A stretch of DNA of 63,984 nucleotides, filler included, from Basidioascus undulatus (Eukaryota): NCBI GenBank assembly GCA_000826855.1. It is 3 parts of 3 records of this genome, joined end to end, with 100 filler letters (N's around TTAATTAATTAA, not from the genome) between each part and the next. Parts side by side here need not be neighbours in the genome. Positions count along the whole stretch, not along the records: positions 1 to 21,334 come from JTLS01000332.1; 2 more parts are not named here. One strand, 5' to 3'. A program made the position numbers and the translations under genes. This document shows, in pieces, positions 1 to 10,747 of the stretch (positions are counted from its first letter, which is position 1; each line of letters opens with the position of its first letter). The notes beneath the pieces were generated by a model. It was given only the letters and a program-made list of their open reading frames with translations. It was not told the DNA's origin and made no database searches.

Positions 1-1059
1 GCCGCCGCCGCCGCCGCCGCCGCCGCAGGCAACGCTGACGGTCGACCCGCACACCGTCATTCACCCGCCGATGCGCCTCGCGCCGGACAGCCAGAGCCCC
101 TTCGCGAACGCCTCTCCCGCCCTCCATGCCTCGCCTCCGCAGCAGCTCGGATCGCACTACGCATCGCCGGAGCAGAACGTCCGGCACCTGAACCCCGTCG
201 TCCTTCCGACGAAGCGCGACGAGCGCGACTTGTCCCTGCCGTACGCGCACGTCGTCGCCGCTGCCGCTGACTCGCTGTACAAGCTCTCGCAGGAGCGCAC
301 CAAGGCGCTGCGCTCAGCCGAAAGCGACGAGGCCTCGTCGTCGTCGTCGTCTAAGGCTGGCAAGCGCAAGGCGTCCGACCCCGGCCCCTCGCCGGGCACG
401 TCTCCGTCGAGCCCGCGCAAGCGTCGCAGCATCGCGAGCTGCGGGCCTGGCACGGCCGAATGGAGGGCCCTCAACCTCGGCCCGGACGTCCCGCCGATCC
501 AGAAGCCTGTTGGGCGGGCGGGGAACCGCAAGGTCCAGGCGCAGGAGATGACGGAGGAGGAGAAGCGCAAGGACATGCTCGACCGCAATCGCCAAGGTTC
601 GTTTTTGACTGCTTGATCGTGTGCCGGGTCGAGGTCGAACATTTGCTCACTGGTAACATGACGAGTTACAGCTGCGCTTCGCTGCCGTCAGCGTAAGAAG
701 CGTTGGCTCGCGACGCTGCAGGACCAGGCCGAAGTCCTCACCGCCGACAACGAGATGCTCCGCTCGACTGTCATCCAGCTTCGGTAAGTCGCAGCGTCTC
801 CCCAGGGTATGGCGAGGCGTATCGTTGACAAGACTTGTTATTTCTCAGGGAGGAAGTTGCGCATCTCAGTGCGTATCCCTCTCCATCGGTTAGACGGTGG
901 TATCGCTTGCTGACGCCGTTGTTCCTTTCATCAGAGAGCGTCGTCGCCGACATCCGCACGCAGCAAGCGTACGGCGCGCACCGGCCGTCCTCCTCGTCCG
1001 GACACGTCAACGCGACCCACAGCCCCGACATGCACACACACCACGGCGGCTGGGCTTGA
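1..1059 (+). CDS. ATF/CREB-family bZIP transcription factor (Atf1/Sko1-like), probably 5'-partial
   Basis: Splicing three GT-AG introns gives EEKRKDMLDRNRQAALRCRQRKKRWLATLQDQAEVLTADNEMLRSTVIQLREEVAHLKSVV, a basic region plus leucine zipper; TGA at 1057-1059. The frame is open back to the window start. Confidence 0.88.
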
Positions 1060-1999
1060 ACTCTATACATTCTTCGTGCTTTCCTTTTGCTCCCCTGCCT
1101 CCTCTATCCTCTTCGGACGATGTGCCCCCACAGATCCACGTCCCCGTACCGTCACCTTCTTTACCCCCAATCCCTCCCCCGCCCCCGTCCCATTGTTATC
1201 ATCCCCAAAACGACACGCGCCGCCTAAATGCCCGCCCTGTCCTCCCGCACGTCTCCGCATATGCTACCGCCTCCCAGTCATGTGCTTTCGATTTTCTTGC
1301 TGCGCTCGACGTATGCTACACACACTGTTGTCTTCTACACTTGTCACATATTGTACTTGTACGGAATAGTTTCTTGAAGCAAACATGCACCGCCGCATAT
1401 ACTGTCAATATGAGCAGACGCCGAACGCCAGCAGCGACGTCGAGAGAAGGCCCCTTCAAGTGTTGCGCTTCTTGCCGGCCTCGAACTATGAGTGGTCGTC
1501 TCAACTACCTTCAACTGCATAGAAATGCACTGATGTTTTGGACCTTGACGCCGTTGGATGTCAGTCAAACAATTGCCATCGGCGACGCGCGCCCCGCTGA
1601 TCGTTCCATTCCATCTTCTCCTTTGTCCTCCTCCCTTTGACCGCGATCTCCGAGACCAGCAGCACAAAGATATCTTCCGCACCATTGTCTGCCCCCTCGT
1701 GTTGATTTGTGAGCTTCAAAAAAGCAGACCATGCTCCTTTCCTCACCTCATCTCGCTCCTCTTTCTCACTCGTCTTTCATCGCGGTTCGCAGCTTACCCG
1801 GCCTAGTGCCATTTCACGTCTCGTTTTCTTCGCCTCGCATCGGCCAGCATTAGCATTGCATCAGCATCGCAAGCACCTAATTCTCATATCGAGCCGGCTC
1901 TCGACCTCGCCACACTCACTTCTTGCTATCTGATCGCACCCTCGACCCGCATTCACCACCACTCGCTGCAACACCGTTACCCTTCGCACTCGAATCAAG

Positions 2000-3374
2000 A
2001 TGATCGCCAAGGAGAACTTCGCATTCATTTCGCTCAACACCTTCCGGTTCATCTCGATCATTGCTTTGCTCCTCGTACTCTCGTCTCAGCTGGTCGTCTT
2101 CGCGAGGTAAGCCCTTCGATCTTCCCGAGTTGGTTGCGTCTGGAGTTGAGAAGCTTCTGGTTCGTGCAGCAACGTCAAGGCCATTCATCACTACAACAAC
2201 GTGAGCGAGGAGGAGCTCGAAGACCTGGACGACCTAAAATGCAACTATATCATGGGTGAGAAGGGTCGCTTGTTTCTTGATAACGCCGCGCAAATTGAGC
2301 CCCCAACATTTGGTTGGTCGATCCCCAGACACCGACGTGCCTCAAGCGCCCGGTGGGGAGGTCAACAGCATGCTGTCTCGTTTGCTTCTGGTAAGCCTTT
2401 CCTCTGTGTATGGCACTTGCCGGTGATAGCTGACCGAAGTACACCCTCTGCGACTAGGTCTTCCAATGCATCCTGCTCATCATGTCCGAAAGCGGTCTCA
2501 AGTTCTTTGACCGATTCTTCGGCTCGTTCCTTCCAGTCATCGGTAAAGGTCACGGTAATTTTGCTTTCGTTGTCTTATATTCGCCGGAATAGAAGCTGAT
2601 GACCCCTTCTCTGCATGGTGCAACAGGCACGGCCGTGCTCGGAACGTGGCAGATAATGTGAGGCTCAATTTCTAGCATGCTCAACGTGTACTAACTCTCT
2701 ATACAACGATAGTTTGGCCTCCTCCGCTTTGAGCCACTTGTGAGACACCCTTTCCTTTCACGCGAGAAAGCATCTGACGCGACCGTTCGTTCAGCCTCCC
2801 TGAATTCGCTCGTGTCTCTGCCTGGCTGCTGTTCGCCGTGGGGATCATCTACTTCGTCCTCGCAAGCACCGCTATTCTTATCCCAATATGGCGCTTCGAG
2901 TTTCACTGACACATTAATCTTACAGGGCTTCGTCGTCCGCCGCAAGCTCAAAGTTCTCCGTGGGGACCCGCCCGAGCCGCGAGCATCTGAGCTGCCGCGC
3001 AACATCTTCAACGCCAAGGGCCCGGAGAAGCGCACCTACTCCAAGGCCGAGAATGGTGACTACTTAACCACGTCTGGACCCGTCTCGCGCGACGTCCTGG
3101 AGCAGCGCGCCGCATCGCCTGCCAACGACGCGTCGATGAGGCAGGCGGGGCCAAGCCCTTGGATCGCGTTCGGCCAGAAGCTGAAAGGCTGTACGTCTCT
3201 CTTTGCCGAAATTGATGTTCTATGAATATTTTTGTACAGCTACTGACGCGGTCCCTTCTCGCAGTCGGGGAAAAATCGCGAAACCTCAACATCTCTGGCC
3301 CGCTCCAGCAGCCGCCGCCCTCTTATCCTTCCACTAGTGGCCCCGGCGGTGTCAAGGAAAAGAGCTATGTTTGA
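2000..3374 (+). CDS. Hypothetical multi-pass membrane protein (multi-exon)
   Basis: ATG at 2000 (MIAKENFAFISLNTFRFISIIALLLVLSSQLVVFA), several hydrophobic exons separated by GT-AG introns, final exon KGFGEKSRNLNISGPLQQPPPSYPSTSGPGGVKEKSYV-stop containing a PPxY motif. Confidence 0.65.
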
Positions 3375-4169
3375 GCGTTCGTTTCGATCCATATTTTTCA
3401 TCCCCAAATTGCCTTCCCACACTCATTTATTGGTACTCTCACTCGTTTGTCGAATACATCCTGTTGTTCCCTGCATGTACTGCATCGATCTGCACATCCT
3501 AACACGCTCTCTTCGCTATTGTTGGCTGGAGGTACAAGATGTGCGTGTCGACCCCAGACGTGAAGATTCTGGACGCAAGCAATTTCGTCAAGTGACATCG
3601 CAGCCATCATCGATCTCGTTCTCCACCTTCTTGGGATCCTTGTCGAGGCTATGAACTCACACAATAGTTTAATCGCTGCCGAATCAGCCCAAGAGAAAGA
3701 CAAGTGAGGCTTCCAGGGCTCGAGAGAAGCTTCGTACAAACGATGGCAGTTGCGCCGAACGTCCGCCCTAGAGAAGTCGGCTGCGATCCTGAAAACTCTC
3801 CTTTCCCAGAGCCAATGGCCGCTCCTCCTCCGGTCCATCCTACCAGGGTTGAGAGTTACTTGAAAAAATAGAGACCTTTCTGATGCGTTTCATTGTAAAG
3901 CAGCTGAACACAGCGCTGTCTGCTGCTCTCGCACTGCCTGTTCCGAATGCATTCGTTGCGACTGTTCCCTTCCTTCTCGCCACTGTGCACCGCAAGATAC
4001 TTGTCTTCTCGGAAAAGTAATACAACATAAGGTAAGTGTGAGTGGTGGGTTATCGTGTACAACAAAACATAAGTGAGCGGTGGTTGTCGACCCACATCAA
4101 GCTCCTCTCAGTCAGTCCTAGCCTCTCAAGCTCTCATGCGACAGTCACACAACGCTGCCGCACGTCCCC

Positions 4170-6110
4170 TCACGCCTTCTCCGCCTCCGCCGCGAGCCTC
4201 GCGCGCTCCTTCACCTCCTTCGCGATCTTCGCCGCCCACTCCGCGCTCTCCTCGAGGGACAGCCCGGCGACCGTCCCGCGCACGATCGCGTCCGGCTCCT
4301 TGAGCGCGAAGGGATTCTGGTGCTTCGCTTGGTCGAGCTCGGCGAGGCTGTGGTTCGTCTGCGCAAGGGAAAGGGGCCAGTTATTCTGGGCTTGGACGGT
4401 TGGGGGATGGGTGGTACTGGGGTTGAGAGGGGAGGAAACGACGCACGAAGCGGTGGTTCGCCTCGTCGGCGCGGACGGCGTACAGCAGGTCGACCATCTT
4501 GGCATCCGAGGGAAGGCGCCAGTACTGTTGGAGCCAACACAGTGAGTGTACTGCTAAGTAGAAAGCGGCAAGGCAGAATGAATACCTGCTTGGCGATGTC
4601 AGGCGCGGCGAGGTCGTTCCTGAAAGGGTGGCTGCATCAGCGGCAAGCCCCACATTAAACTCCAGGCATTCATCGTGGACGTACCACTCGGGAACATGTC
4701 CCGCCTCGAGCTCCTTGAGCGCATGCGTATACGTCTTGACGGCCTCTTCCTCAACTGCCAACCAAGCACTCGATCATCAGGAAAACTCTCGGGAAATCCG
4801 GCCAAGAAAAGAAGCTCACGGATCCCTACGAAACGGTGACAAGTCTTCGGTGAGAGGATGTACTGGCAGCGCGCGTTCGGTGAGTCCCAACTTCCCGGAC
4901 AGTACGTTCCACGACAGTAACTCACGGCGGTGAAGAAGAGGTTGTAGAAGACGCCCTGGGCCCCGATGAGCATGAGGCGGAAGAACAGGCCTGCCTTCTT
5001 CTTCATCGAGATGAAAGTGCTGCAGGCCGAGGAAGGGGAAAACGCAAGTTGTCAGTGTAAGTTCGAAAGAGGACATCGGCTAGTGGGCTAGGAGACTCAC
5101 AGCAAGTGCATGCGCTCGTTCTCGGCCTCCTCCAGAAGGGTGTGCAGCCAGCCGTTGTCGCGGTGCTGAAAGTTGAGACCACATGTCAGCTGCCGGTTTG
5201 CAGTGCAGGGGGTGCGGGGGTAGACTCACCATCCGCCGGAGACTGCGGAGGTGGCGGAGCGTCGCGGCGGCCATGCCGGGGACGCCTGCGATGGATCTGG
5301 AACGACCCGAGGGAGCTGGTTAGCGTACGACACTAAGTCGATAATGGGTAAAGGAGCGCACTCGAGGAAGAGGAAGCGGCGTAGCCACTGGTCCGCGGTC
5401 ATGTGGCTGTCGGGGGAAGCCTTGTATCTGCATGGGATGAAGGGGACAAATGTAACAGTGTGAGCTGTGGCCATTGTAAAAGGGGTAAAGGGAAGGAGCA
5501 TCGCGTAGCGCACCCGGTCGCGACGTCAAAGCCCGTGCGGAGGAACTTGACGAAGAAGCCGGCGACGCGGTCGGACATGGTCTTAGGAGCGTGGGCGACG
5601 ACCTTGACTGCCTGCGAATGGAGGAGCCCCAAGAAAGTACGGTCAAATCATATTGAGATAAGGGAGGAGGACGAGAAATGGGAAGTGATGGTGAAAGAGG
5701 GGACACGCACCTTCAGCTCCCCCGGAGAGTAGACGGGGTGGAACAGCACCCAGTCGCCCGTCTTGTCCGGGCCGGTATGCAGAGCGTCCTTGAGCGATCC
5801 ATGCTCTGAGCCAACGTAGTACGTAGTACCCCTGGTCAACAAGACGCCGTTTGAAAGTAAACGGACGGACAAGAGACCCACCCTTGAAATGGATCGGCTC
5901 GCTGCCCTGGCCGGTGTTGCCCTCGAGCCCCTTCAGGCCAGCGGGCTTGACGTCGACGTGCTTCTGCTGGGCGATGTGCGTCGTCGTGGTCGCGGTGGCC
6001 AGGGAACGGGTAAAAGGCCTGGAGGCGATCGTGGGCAGCGAGGGAAGAAGCGGGGGGTGGGGCACTGCGACGCAGCGCAGCGGCAGGCGGGTGGCGGCGG
6101 TGCGAAGCAT
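4170..6110 (-). CDS. AOX1: Mitochondrial alternative oxidase
   Basis: Arg/Thr-rich presequence; spliced exons give LFLESIAGVPGM, LLEEAENERMHL, QGVFYNLFF, HRFVG, EEEAVKTYT and VRADEANHR, the diiron motifs of AOX. Confidence 0.97.
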
Positions 6111-6195
6111 CGGTATTGGTTGTGTTTAGTGGTGGGTAGTGAATGTAGATTGGGAAGTAGTGGCGAACACGAGAAGTCCGCCCACAAATCCAGGT

Positions 6196-6204
6196 TTATA
6201 TACG
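6196..6204 (-). promoter_or_regulatory. Candidate TATA box for AOX
   Basis: GTATATAAA on the minus strand about 90 nt upstream of the AOX ATG, in a GC-rich background. Confidence 0.45.
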
Positions 6205-6753
6205 CGACTTAGTGAGCGGAGTCGGCGATTTGGAGCGTGGTCTGTTTGGCAACCAGCCAGTCAAGGGCGGAGCCGGGAGACGCGAGCGGGGTACAGCCGG
6301 AGGTGCCCGCGCGGCCTTCGCTCTTCAGTCGCCGATGATCCGACGGCCGCTGCAGCGCCCAGTCATAAGCATGTGGTTTGAGAAAATACGGAGCCATGAG
6401 CTGGCATGTGAATGTGGGTATGTGAGTGAATGGAGAGAGGCTGTGGGTGCTGCTGGGCCGGGCCAGATACAGGTAGTCAGTCTGTGACGATGGGCGAGTC
6501 GAGGCGGTGTCGCCGGTGGACGGTGCGTTTCCAGGCATGTTCACAGCAATTTTCTTTGTAAATAAGCAGCTCTACCATTGTTTTTCCTGTAGGATCGATA
6601 GCGACAGGTTCAGTTGTGAGCAAGCGAGCGAAAGGGCAGGAGTGAGAGCGAGTGACCAGTCTTAGCCCCGCAATGAACTGCTCTACACACGAAAGTCTCA
6701 GGCCGTCGCGATGCAGCCTTCCTTCCCTCCTTACACATTTGACAACCCTCATC

Positions 6754-7415
6754 ATGAGAACTCGATCATATACAGCTCTCCAGACCCTTCACAGGCCCCT
6801 TCACTTCTCGAGGGCGTACTCCTCCCAGCCGACCCCGTCCGCGTCCGCTCCTCCCAGCGATCCCCCCGCAACACCCACCACGCTCGTCGCCCCTCCCTCG
6901 CCGATCTCCCACCTCCGCCCCATCCGCTACGCGTCCCCCTCGACCCTACGCAGCGGGTCTCGTCCCTCCTCCTCGTCCGGCTCCCCGCACCCGTACTCCA
7001 CTGCTGAGTTTTGCCCCTCCTCCAACAACGACGCGGACGAGCTCGCGTTCCACCTCGCCCGCGAGCGCCTCGACGCGTTCAACGACCGCTTCTGGGCGGA
7101 CAACAACGTCCGCTGCGAGGAGGCGAGGCGGAGGTGGCTGGAGGGCGTGCGGGAGGGCGAGGAGAGGGATATGGCGCTGCAGGTATTCTGGGCGGAGTGG
7201 GTGAGTGGTCCTCGTTCGGATTGGAGGAGTAAGGTGGTAGGCTGATTGAGGATGAGCGAACGGGTACTAAGGCCAAGGCAAACAGGAGGAGATACCTCAA
7301 CTGGACGATCGCTTGGTGGAAGGGCCAGCTCGGCCTGCTCAGACCCGCGTTCAGGATCGCTAGGCGCAATGCGGCGAGGAGGGTCCTCGCCGCTGTCGGG
7401 CTGTCTTCCCAATGA
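6754..7415 (+). CDS. COA8/APOPT1-like mitochondrial protein (cytochrome c oxidase assembly factor 8 family)
   Basis: Presequence-like MRTRSYTALQTLHRPLHFSRAY; ISHLRPIRY and LDAFNDRFWADNNVRCEE..FWAEW motifs; one intron from 7201, then AKANRRRYLNWTIAWWKGQLGLLRPA..stop. Family call is from motif recall. Confidence 0.75.
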
Positions 7416-8409
7416 TGCACCGTTGTTCTCCGATTTCATAGGCGCTCAACGCGCTGCGATCTTTCGAACCTCAATCCCAGCTTCGATCACTTCACTCTCG
7501 AACGAGCGGCACAGCTATCGCTCATCCTTCGATCGCGCCGCCATACTGCGCTTTGTTGACCCTATTCCATATGCACATCTTTCCGATCGTCGATGGAGCC
7601 CGACGGCGCGTCTAACAAATCGCTTTCTCGTCTCGCACCCCACAGCGTTCAGAAGAGCTGAGCAACCAGCGGAGCGTTGACTTGGTTATCACTACTTCTG
7701 GGTCTTCTAAGGTGGTGTTCTATGCGCCTCGGAATGGATGGGTGCTGAAGTGTGGACAGTGACGATCCTTCGAATGGGGAGGAGCGCCGGCGAGAATTAG
7801 CACCGGCATCGCACTGCCCCTCGCCCCTTGGTTTCCAGTTTGGCCACGTCTGGCGGCTCCGCGCACTTGATGAGATTTTCGAGAGAATCCTGGGTACAGT
7901 CATGTTGCTGAATGAATCAGGGCATGCACTAAACGAAGCAGTCGTTTCGGTTTGACTCCGACCATCGAACAGACCAGGAACGGGTACTGGCCTTTGCAAT
8001 GCGTACAGTCAAACGCGCCTTTCACGGCCCTCAGTTTTCGGGAGTCGAGTTCCGCTTGCAACATTTAGAGAACTTTCTGAGCGGGCATGCCAAGGCCTGT
8101 AGCGCAGAAGGTCACGGCCAGGTCACGGCATCGCAGAGCGTGGAGAAGATAGTTATGCACAACAAGAACCGAGCATACAAACTACCTCGGCAGATCCAGC
8201 GGGCAGGTCGAGTTTTCCCTTCGTGAGCTTTTTTTTACCGCTTCATATCCTGCGAAGCTCCCGAAAAGGGCAGCCAGCTGAGCGGGCGGCTGTTTCTGCG
8301 TGGTACCTCAGCCGTTGCGGGACCCGGGCCAGCCATCCGCTCTATTTAGGGCGCCGCGCACCGCCTTCGGCTTCTTGCCCAGCCCTACAGTTCATCAAAC
8401 TTCAGGTCA

Positions 8410-9205
8410 ATGCAGATCATCCTCGCTGCCGCATGCGCGGTCACGCTTGCGGGGCCAGTGCCGCAGATCCCCGGGCTGCCCGGCTTGCTCGTGCCGGTTG
8501 GCGGGGAGGAGCTGTAAATGGCCTGGATCGGAAGAGATACAAGCCTGATGCTCTTGTAAATCAAGGCGCCGGAATTGGTAGTGGTGCCGCGGGCGGGACA
8601 GGTGCGTTTCTTTTTTTTCGTTTGTCGTGCACCTCGCTCGCTCGCTGATCGCTGTAGCGAGCCTCTTCTAGGTGTCAGAGGGACAGGCGCCGGACCCGGT
8701 AGTGCGGGAGGGGCGGGCATCGCAGGTCTGTTTGCCCTTGTATAAGGTGAGGCTAGACTACAGCTGATATGAGAGATCACATACAGGTGTTGCCATCGGC
8801 GGTCTGGCTGTGGGCGGGGCGGGCGGGACAGCAGCAGGCTTCCCTAGCGTCCCCGGCCTTTGCGTGGCAGGCGGAATAGAGGTCCGAGGCGGGCCGGTGG
8901 CGGGACAGGTGCGATCATATCACTAGGCACACAACATGGTTTGGGATGTGGGAGCTGAGAGAGGGGAGACTTGCCCCGTAGGCGTGGCGGGACGGGCACG
9001 CAGGGAGGTGCCGGAGGTGAGTGTCAAGGCTGCGAAATACTCGGACGTGACTGAGCTTCCCCTGCCCCCGTGAAAAAGGTACAGGACAGGGAGGTGCTTC
9101 TATCGTAAGAAAACCTACATCTCTCATGCGGCACAGTGAGCGCAAGCTGATGAGCCTTCGGGACGTCAGGGTAATGCCGGCGTTGGCGGTCAAGGCGGCT
9201 TAGTC
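8410..9205 (+). pseudogene. Small secreted Gly-rich protein gene built of short exons, probably decayed
   Basis: Signal-peptide-like MQIILAAACAVTLAGPVPQIPG followed by about six short Gly/Ala/Thr-rich exons with phase-1 GT-AG introns (GAGIGSGAAGGT, GVRGTGAGPGSAGGAGIA, GTGQG). The frame is inconsistent in later exons. Confidence 0.5.
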
Positions 9206-9499
9206 GTCACGAAGTAGTCTGGCTGCTTTGTATCGTGCTGTACGCACTTTTCATCAGCGGCGGCGCCATTTTAGGGGGGTTGGTTTCGTGTACAAAGGCA
9301 ACGAGGATCCGAGCCTCTTCGTCAAATTGCCATAAATGCTATCGTCTGAGCGTCGATCCGCTACTTGGTCGGTTGTGAAGAAGTAGTGTGTGTAGGACAT
9401 CAGTTCAAGAACCCAGCACGGTTGGGCTTGGAATATTCGAAAGTGCTCAAGATTGCAAATAACGCCAAAGAGGATTCATGATACGTAGAAGAGCGAGCG

Positions 9500-10507
9500 A
9501 GCACATGAGTTCCCTGTCAGCTCTCCGCCGCGCCCAGCCGCTCTCGCACATCTCATCCAGGCACCGCGACAGCCTCTTCAAGACTCATCAGCTCGAGCTC
9601 CCACAGCGTCCCATCCATCAGCCGGTGCATCAAGCATTCCGCAGCCGCGCGCCCCGCCGTGACGCTTCCCCCTGAGCTGAGCACGAGCGCGCGAGCAGCG
9701 GGCCAGAATCGAACAAGTTCACGTTGACCTGAGCGCGGAAACCCTTCAGGCGCGATTCAGCGCGTGCAGGTCACTGTGCACGCGCAGCTCGCGCAGTCTC
9801 GAAGCGAAGACGTCGGCTCGCATTTCCAAGTGATCCGTAAAGTTGACGGCGAGGTGAGCGAGGGCGTGTAAACTGAGCAGAATACTATCCTGTCCGTACG
9901 AAAACCGGAAGAACGATACGCACAGGCGCTGCAGCTCGCCTAGCTGAGACGCCCGGCCGGTCGGCAGGCTCTTCAGCGGGTAACTCGCCCAATCGGAACC
10001 CAGCAGCGCACGCTCCTCAAGCCTGTGGGGCTCTAGAGCCTTTCTGAATGTCGTCCCTAAAGCCGTGGGACGCGTCTTGGCACAGCGTGGAGTCCTTCTT
10101 AACGACAGTCTCGAGAGTGGCGCGCGTAGTGAAGTCGATGATGAGACGGCGGAGCGAGAGGGAAGCCGCTTGCAGAAGAGCTTCGATAGACTCCGGAGCT
10201 CTTTGTTGAGAGCCCCGACCCTGTCCCAGCGTTGGACGTGTCAGTGGCCGACGCTGCACAGCGACAGGGCTTGCACATGGCCGAGATGGGGGGAAGCTGC
10301 GAACGACATGAGCGCTGAGGAGGAGCGGATATGCGGCGCGCGGTAAAGATGGTGGATAGTCAGCTTGTTCATGTCTTTCGAAACCAGGGTGAGCGCGACA
10401 AGGATGTTCAGCACGTCCGGGGCGTGCCCGTATGCGAGCGGGTGCGAAGACTCGGCCAGGAGAGCGACAATGTGTGCGACGACGTCGAGGGGCACGAAAA
10501 GCTGCAT
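9500..10507 (-). pseudogene. F-box/LRR-like gene remnant
   Basis: MQLFVPLDVVAHIVALL..LVALTLVSKDMNKLTIHHLY start; downstream Leu-rich segments (SLRRLIIDF, ELQRLCVSF, RLRELRV) lie in different frames. Confidence 0.55.
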
Positions 10508-10747
10508 TCTGAGGGGTTCAGTTAGCAGAGCGAATAACACAACGAGACAAGAGCAGGTCGAAGTGATGCAGGAAGGTGGTAATGGTGAGGGGGAGAGATG
10601 GGCGAACTTCGTGGGCAGAGACTACTACGGGTTCGCTGCAAAGCCGAAAGGGAATTCATAGCACCCACAGCGCGTCTGGAGGTTCGCGTTCGCGTCCCAA
10701 CTTGACCTCATTCTCACTTTCACACTCACAGCGATCCTGCAGCCGCA

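Noticed and set aside
1..25. (GCC)n tract
   Set aside because: Short, within coding low-complexity sequence; unremarkable.
6111..6753. Neurospora-type AOX induction motif CGG-N7-CGG
   Set aside because: By eye I found CGG pairs with other spacings but no exact N7, and CGG is common at this GC content.
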